Shown here piece after piece: positions 60,811 through 64,000 of a stretch of DNA of 64,000 nt. The notes beneath the pieces were generated by a model that had not been told where the DNA came from, made no database searches, and worked only from the letters and a program-made list of their open reading frames with translations. Source of the stretch: Phycisphaerae bacterium (lineage in GTDB: Bacteria > Planctomycetota > Phycisphaerae > UBA1845 > Fen-1342); the NCBI GenBank assembly GCA_050115495.1, contig JASFQK010000014.1:32001-96000 (forward strand), written 5' to 3'. Position 1 is the first letter of the stretch, and each line of letters begins with the position of its first letter. The translations under genes were made by a program, and so were the position numbers.

Positions 60811-62799
60811 CTACGGCCGTCGTCGGCGAAGCGTGAGGAACGCGCCGAAACCGATCACGGTGACGCCGTACGTGCTCATCCCGAGGGGGCCGCACGCACC
60901 ACAGCTTATCGGAAGCGTCACGCCCCCGTCGGCGTCATCACCGCCGGTGCTGTCGGTCGTGCCATCGGCGTCGTCCTGCGGCAGGCCGCTGGTGCCGTCG
61001 GCATCGTCGTCACCGCCGTCGGCGCCGCCGGTGTCTTCGCACACGTCGCCGATGCCGTCGCCGTCCGAGTCGGTCTGGTCGGCGTTCTCGATGTACGGGC
61101 AATTGTCGTCGCAATCGAGCACGCCGTCGCCGTCGGTGTCGATGTCGGGCGTGCCGCAGCCGCAGTCGCCGGGAGCGGTCTTGCCGGGATCGTTCGGGCA
61201 ATCGTCGGCGCTGTCGGGCGTACCGTCGTTGTCGGCGTCGGGCACGAGGCCGGCGTCGCGCGTGTTGTCGGTCGCGTGCGAGGCGACGGTGAATATGGCC
61301 GTCCGACCGGTGTCGGCGTTTGCATCCGAGTCGAGTCCGTCATCGCCGCCCTGGTCCTGAAGCGTGAGGGCGTACCCGACGGGCGTAACGAAGCGCAGGT
61401 AGTAGTCGCCGGCCACGACGCTTAGGCTGTACGCGCCGCTGTTGTCGGTGGTCGTGTTGCTGATCAGCTCGTCATCGGCGTCGCCGGCGGTTCCATTGGC
61501 ACCGGGGTAGTACACGAGCACGAGCGCGTTGGCCACGCCCGTCTCACCGCCGTCCTGGACACCGTCCTCGTCGGTATCGCCGAAGACAAGGTCGCCGATC
61601 GTGGAGAACACCGCCATACCCGCATCGACGTTCTCCGCATCCTCGCCCGAGGCGACCCAGAACGGGTTTGTCTTGCCGGTGGACGGCTCGGCGTCGCTGT
61701 CGACGGTGTCGTCGCTGCCGCGATCCCGCTGCGTGAGCGAGAGGTTCGACGCGCCCGGCGGCGTGAAGCTCACGTAGTACCGGCCGGGGACGAGGTTCGT
61801 GAAGCTGTACGTCCCGCTGGTGGACTGATCGCCGCCGACCTGCGTTGGCGTGCCGTCGTCGGCCACGCGGTACAACTTCACGGTGGCGTTGCCCGTGATG
61901 TCGCCTTCGCTGTTGTCCTGGAGGCCGTCGCCGTCCTCGTCGTGGAAGACGCGGCCGGAAACGCCGGCGTACTCGTAGAGGCCGGCGTCACGCTCGGTGT
62001 CATCCTCGCCGACGGTCACTTCGAAGCGCGCGGTGCGGCCGGTGCCGGTGTCCACGTCGCTGTCCACAGTCGTGTCGCTGCCCTGGCTCTGCGCCGTGAA
62101 GTGGTAGCCCGTGGGCAGATCGACCTGCACGTAGTAGAAGTCGTGGAGCACGTTCGTGAACGTGTACTTGCCGTCGTCGTCGGTGGTGGTGACGTCCATC
62201 TGCACGTCGTCGCCATCGCCGACCGTGGTGTTCACCGGGTCGATGAGGCGCACGGTCACGTCGGCCAGGCCGGTCTCGCCGGAATCCTGGATACCGTCGC
62301 CATCGTCATCGATGAAGACGAAGTCGCCGATCGACGCCGGCAGCACGAGGCCGCAATCGACTGTGTCGTCGAGTTCGCCGGCGGTCGCCAGGGTAATCGT
62401 GGCGGTGCGGCCGTCGTGGTCGGCGACGCTGTCACCGCCGGTGATGGTGAAGATCCGCCCGGTCGGGGCGGTGAAGATGACGTAGTAGGTGCCGGTAGCG
62501 AGGCCGGAGAAGAGGTACGCGCCGGAGTTGTCGGACGTCGTCGTGCTGATCAGGTTGTCGTCGCCGTTGTAGGCGGTGCCGTCGGCGCCGCGGTCGTAGA
62601 GGCGGATGGTCACGGCGGACACGCCGGTCTCGCCGTCGCCGGGCTCGTAGTTGCCATCGCCGTCGACGTCGTAGAAGACCAGATCGCCGATGGAGGCCGC
62701 CTGGGCGCTCCCGCCGGGAACAAGGAGTAGCGCCACGAGCAACAACACGGTGGCCCAGCTCATGCCCATCCAGCCAGTCGATCGCGTTCCCTGCTGCAT
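60811..62799 (-). CDS. surface protein with 4 SdrD B-like repeats, thrombospondin type 3 repeats and a Cys-containing C-terminal anchor
   Basis: Four IGD.VF.D.DGDG.QD units; DNCPYIENADQTDSDGDGIGDVC; ends CGACG-TM-RRRRP. Confidence 0.88.
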   Translation of the reverse strand: MQQGTRSTGWMGMSWATVLLLVALLLVPGGSAQAASIGDLVFYDVDGDGNYEPGDGETGVSAVTIRLYDRGADGTAYNGDDNLISTTTSDNSGAYLFSGLATGTYYVIFTAPTGRIFTITGGDSVADHDGRTATITLATAGELDDTVDCGLVLPASIGDFVFIDDDGDGIQDSGETGLADVTVRLIDPVNTTVGDGDDVQMDVTTTDDDGKYTFTNVLHDFYYVQVDLPTGYHFTAQSQGSDTTVDSDVDTGTGRTARFEVTVGEDDTERDAGLYEYAGVSGRVFHDEDGDGLQDNSEGDITGNATVKLYRVADDGTPTQVGGDQSTSGTYSFTNLVPGRYYVSFTPPGASNLSLTQRDRGSDDTVDSDAEPSTGKTNPFWVASGEDAENVDAGMAVFSTIGDLVFGDTDEDGVQDGGETGVANALVLVYYPGANGTAGDADDELISNTTTDNSGAYSLSVVAGDYYLRFVTPVGYALTLQDQGGDDGLDSDANADTGRTAIFTVASHATDNTRDAGLVPDADNDGTPDSADDCPNDPGKTAPGDCGCGTPDIDTDGDGVLDCDDNCPYIENADQTDSDGDGIGDVCEDTGGADGGDDDADGTSGLPQDDADGTTDSTGGDDADGGVTLPISCGACGPLGMSTYGVTVIGFGAFLTLRRRRP

Positions 62800-63000
62800 T
62801 GTTCGTCCCTCGCCAATCCGGGCGCCCGGTGAGGCGATCCGGGTAAGCCACTGCCCGAAGACACTGCCGCCCGCGCCCGCCGAAGCGCGGACGCGGTCCG
62901 CCCGCTGGTGGTTATCGGCACCAGTCGTCGGGTCGGTTTAGCCGTTCGCACGGACTGCGCGGACGATGCCGGGCGAGGCCCGCCTGCCTACAATCCCCGC

Positions 63001-63801
63001 ATGCCCGAATTGCCCGAAGTCGAGACGATCGTGCGCACGTTCGCCCCCGACGTGGAGGGGCGGCGGATCGTGGGTTTCGCCTCACGCTGGCCCCGGCAGG
63101 CCACGCCCAGCGTCGGGGCCATCCGCCGGGGTGTGGTGGGCAGGACGGTCGTTCGGCTGGCCCGCCGCGGCAAGTTCATCGTGTTTCATCTGGATCCACC
63201 GGGCTATCTGCTGCTGCACCTGCGGATGAGCGGGCGGCTGGAGTGGCAGCCGGCGAAGGGGCGGCCGCCGCGGCATGTCCGAACCACGTGGGACCTCGAT
63301 AACGGCCGGCGGCTGCTGCTCTGTGATGCCCGGAAGTTCGCCCGGCTCACGTACGTCGACGACCTCGCGGCGGCCACGGCGGAATTGGGGATTGAGCCGC
63401 TTGGCCGGCTGTTTACGGCGGCCCGGTTACACCAGCTTCTCGACGGCCGGAACCGCCAGCTCAAAGCCCTGCTGCTAGATCAGTCTGTCATCGCCGGCCT
63501 GGGCAATATCTACACGGATGAGGCCCTGTTCCGGGCAGGGTTGCACCCGCTGGCCCGGGCGGGCGAGGTGACACCGGCCCAGGTCGCCAGCCTGCACGGG
63601 GCCATTCGCGATGTCCTCCGCGAGGCCATCCGCCGACATGGCACGACTATCGATTGGATCTACCCCGGCGGCTGGATGCAGAACCACCTGAACGTGTACG
63701 GCCGAGCGGGCGAACCCTGCCGCCGATGTGGGACGCCGATCGAGGCCCTCCGCGCCGCCGGCCGGGGGACGCATGTCTGCCCGCGGTGCCAGCCGCGCTG
63801 A
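63001..63801 (+). CDS. mutM: formamidopyrimidine-DNA glycosylase (Fpg)
   Basis: MPELPEVE, RRGK, HLRMSG, GLGNIY.DE, C-terminal CxxC...CPRCQ zinc finger. Confidence 0.95.
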   Translation: MPELPEVETIVRTFAPDVEGRRIVGFASRWPRQATPSVGAIRRGVVGRTVVRLARRGKFIVFHLDPPGYLLLHLRMSGRLEWQPAKGRPPRHVRTTWDLDNGRRLLLCDARKFARLTYVDDLAAATAELGIEPLGRLFTAARLHQLLDGRNRQLKALLLDQSVIAGLGNIYTDEALFRAGLHPLARAGEVTPAQVASLHGAIRDVLREAIRRHGTTIDWIYPGGWMQNHLNVYGRAGEPCRRCGTPIEALRAAGRGTHVCPRCQPR

Positions 63802-63878
63802 ATCAGCGAACCACGGGGCCACTCCCTCAGTATGACCCGATAGCCAGCCTCCGAGACCGCGGCTATTCTGGACCGCTC

Positions 63879-64000
63879 ATGTGCGGCATCGCCGGCATTC
63901 TGTCGCTCTCGCCCGACGCGCCCGTCGATCCGGACGCGCTGCGCTTCATGGCCGCCCAGATCACGCACCGCGGTCCCGACGATGAGGGCTACTACGTCGA
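63879..64000 (+). CDS. asnB: asparagine synthase (glutamine-hydrolysing), 5' partial
   Basis: Own translation MCGIAGILS...MAAQITHRGPDDEG; runs off the window end. Confidence 0.88.
   Translation, partial: MCGIAGILSLSPDAPVDPDALRFMAAQITHRGPDDEGYYV

Overview
High-GC bacterial chromosomal window, most consistent with a Planctomycetota (Phycisphaerae-like) host: C-terminal dockerin-like tails, a PEP-CTERM protein, CPxCxYxL...CPECG zinc-ribbon membrane proteins and dense REP-like intergenic repeats. The host assignment is inferred from gene style. Most of the window holds envelope, transport and housekeeping genes: glycosyltransferases, split feoAB plus a CDF, OPT, S8 and C25 proteases, a PilT-like ATPase, TetR, an IcmA-like mutase, HD-GYP-PilZ, mutM and the start of asnB. 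The standout is a compact, intact, co-oriented 7.3-kb operon at 8395-15671 (- strand). It encodes only a Mu-like HEAD module: portal, a translationally coupled GNAT, prohead protease, a decoration protein fused to a fibre-like domain, major capsid protein, gp36 adaptor and a small beta-rich protein. Four small genes follow, three of them membrane or lipoprotein genes. No terminase, tail, transposase, integrase, repressor or endolysin is recognisable nearby, and host-type repeats sit between its genes. This suggests a domesticated tailless-capsid, GTA-like or nanocompartment system rather than an ordinary prophage. All family calls come from motif recognition by eye; no searches were run.
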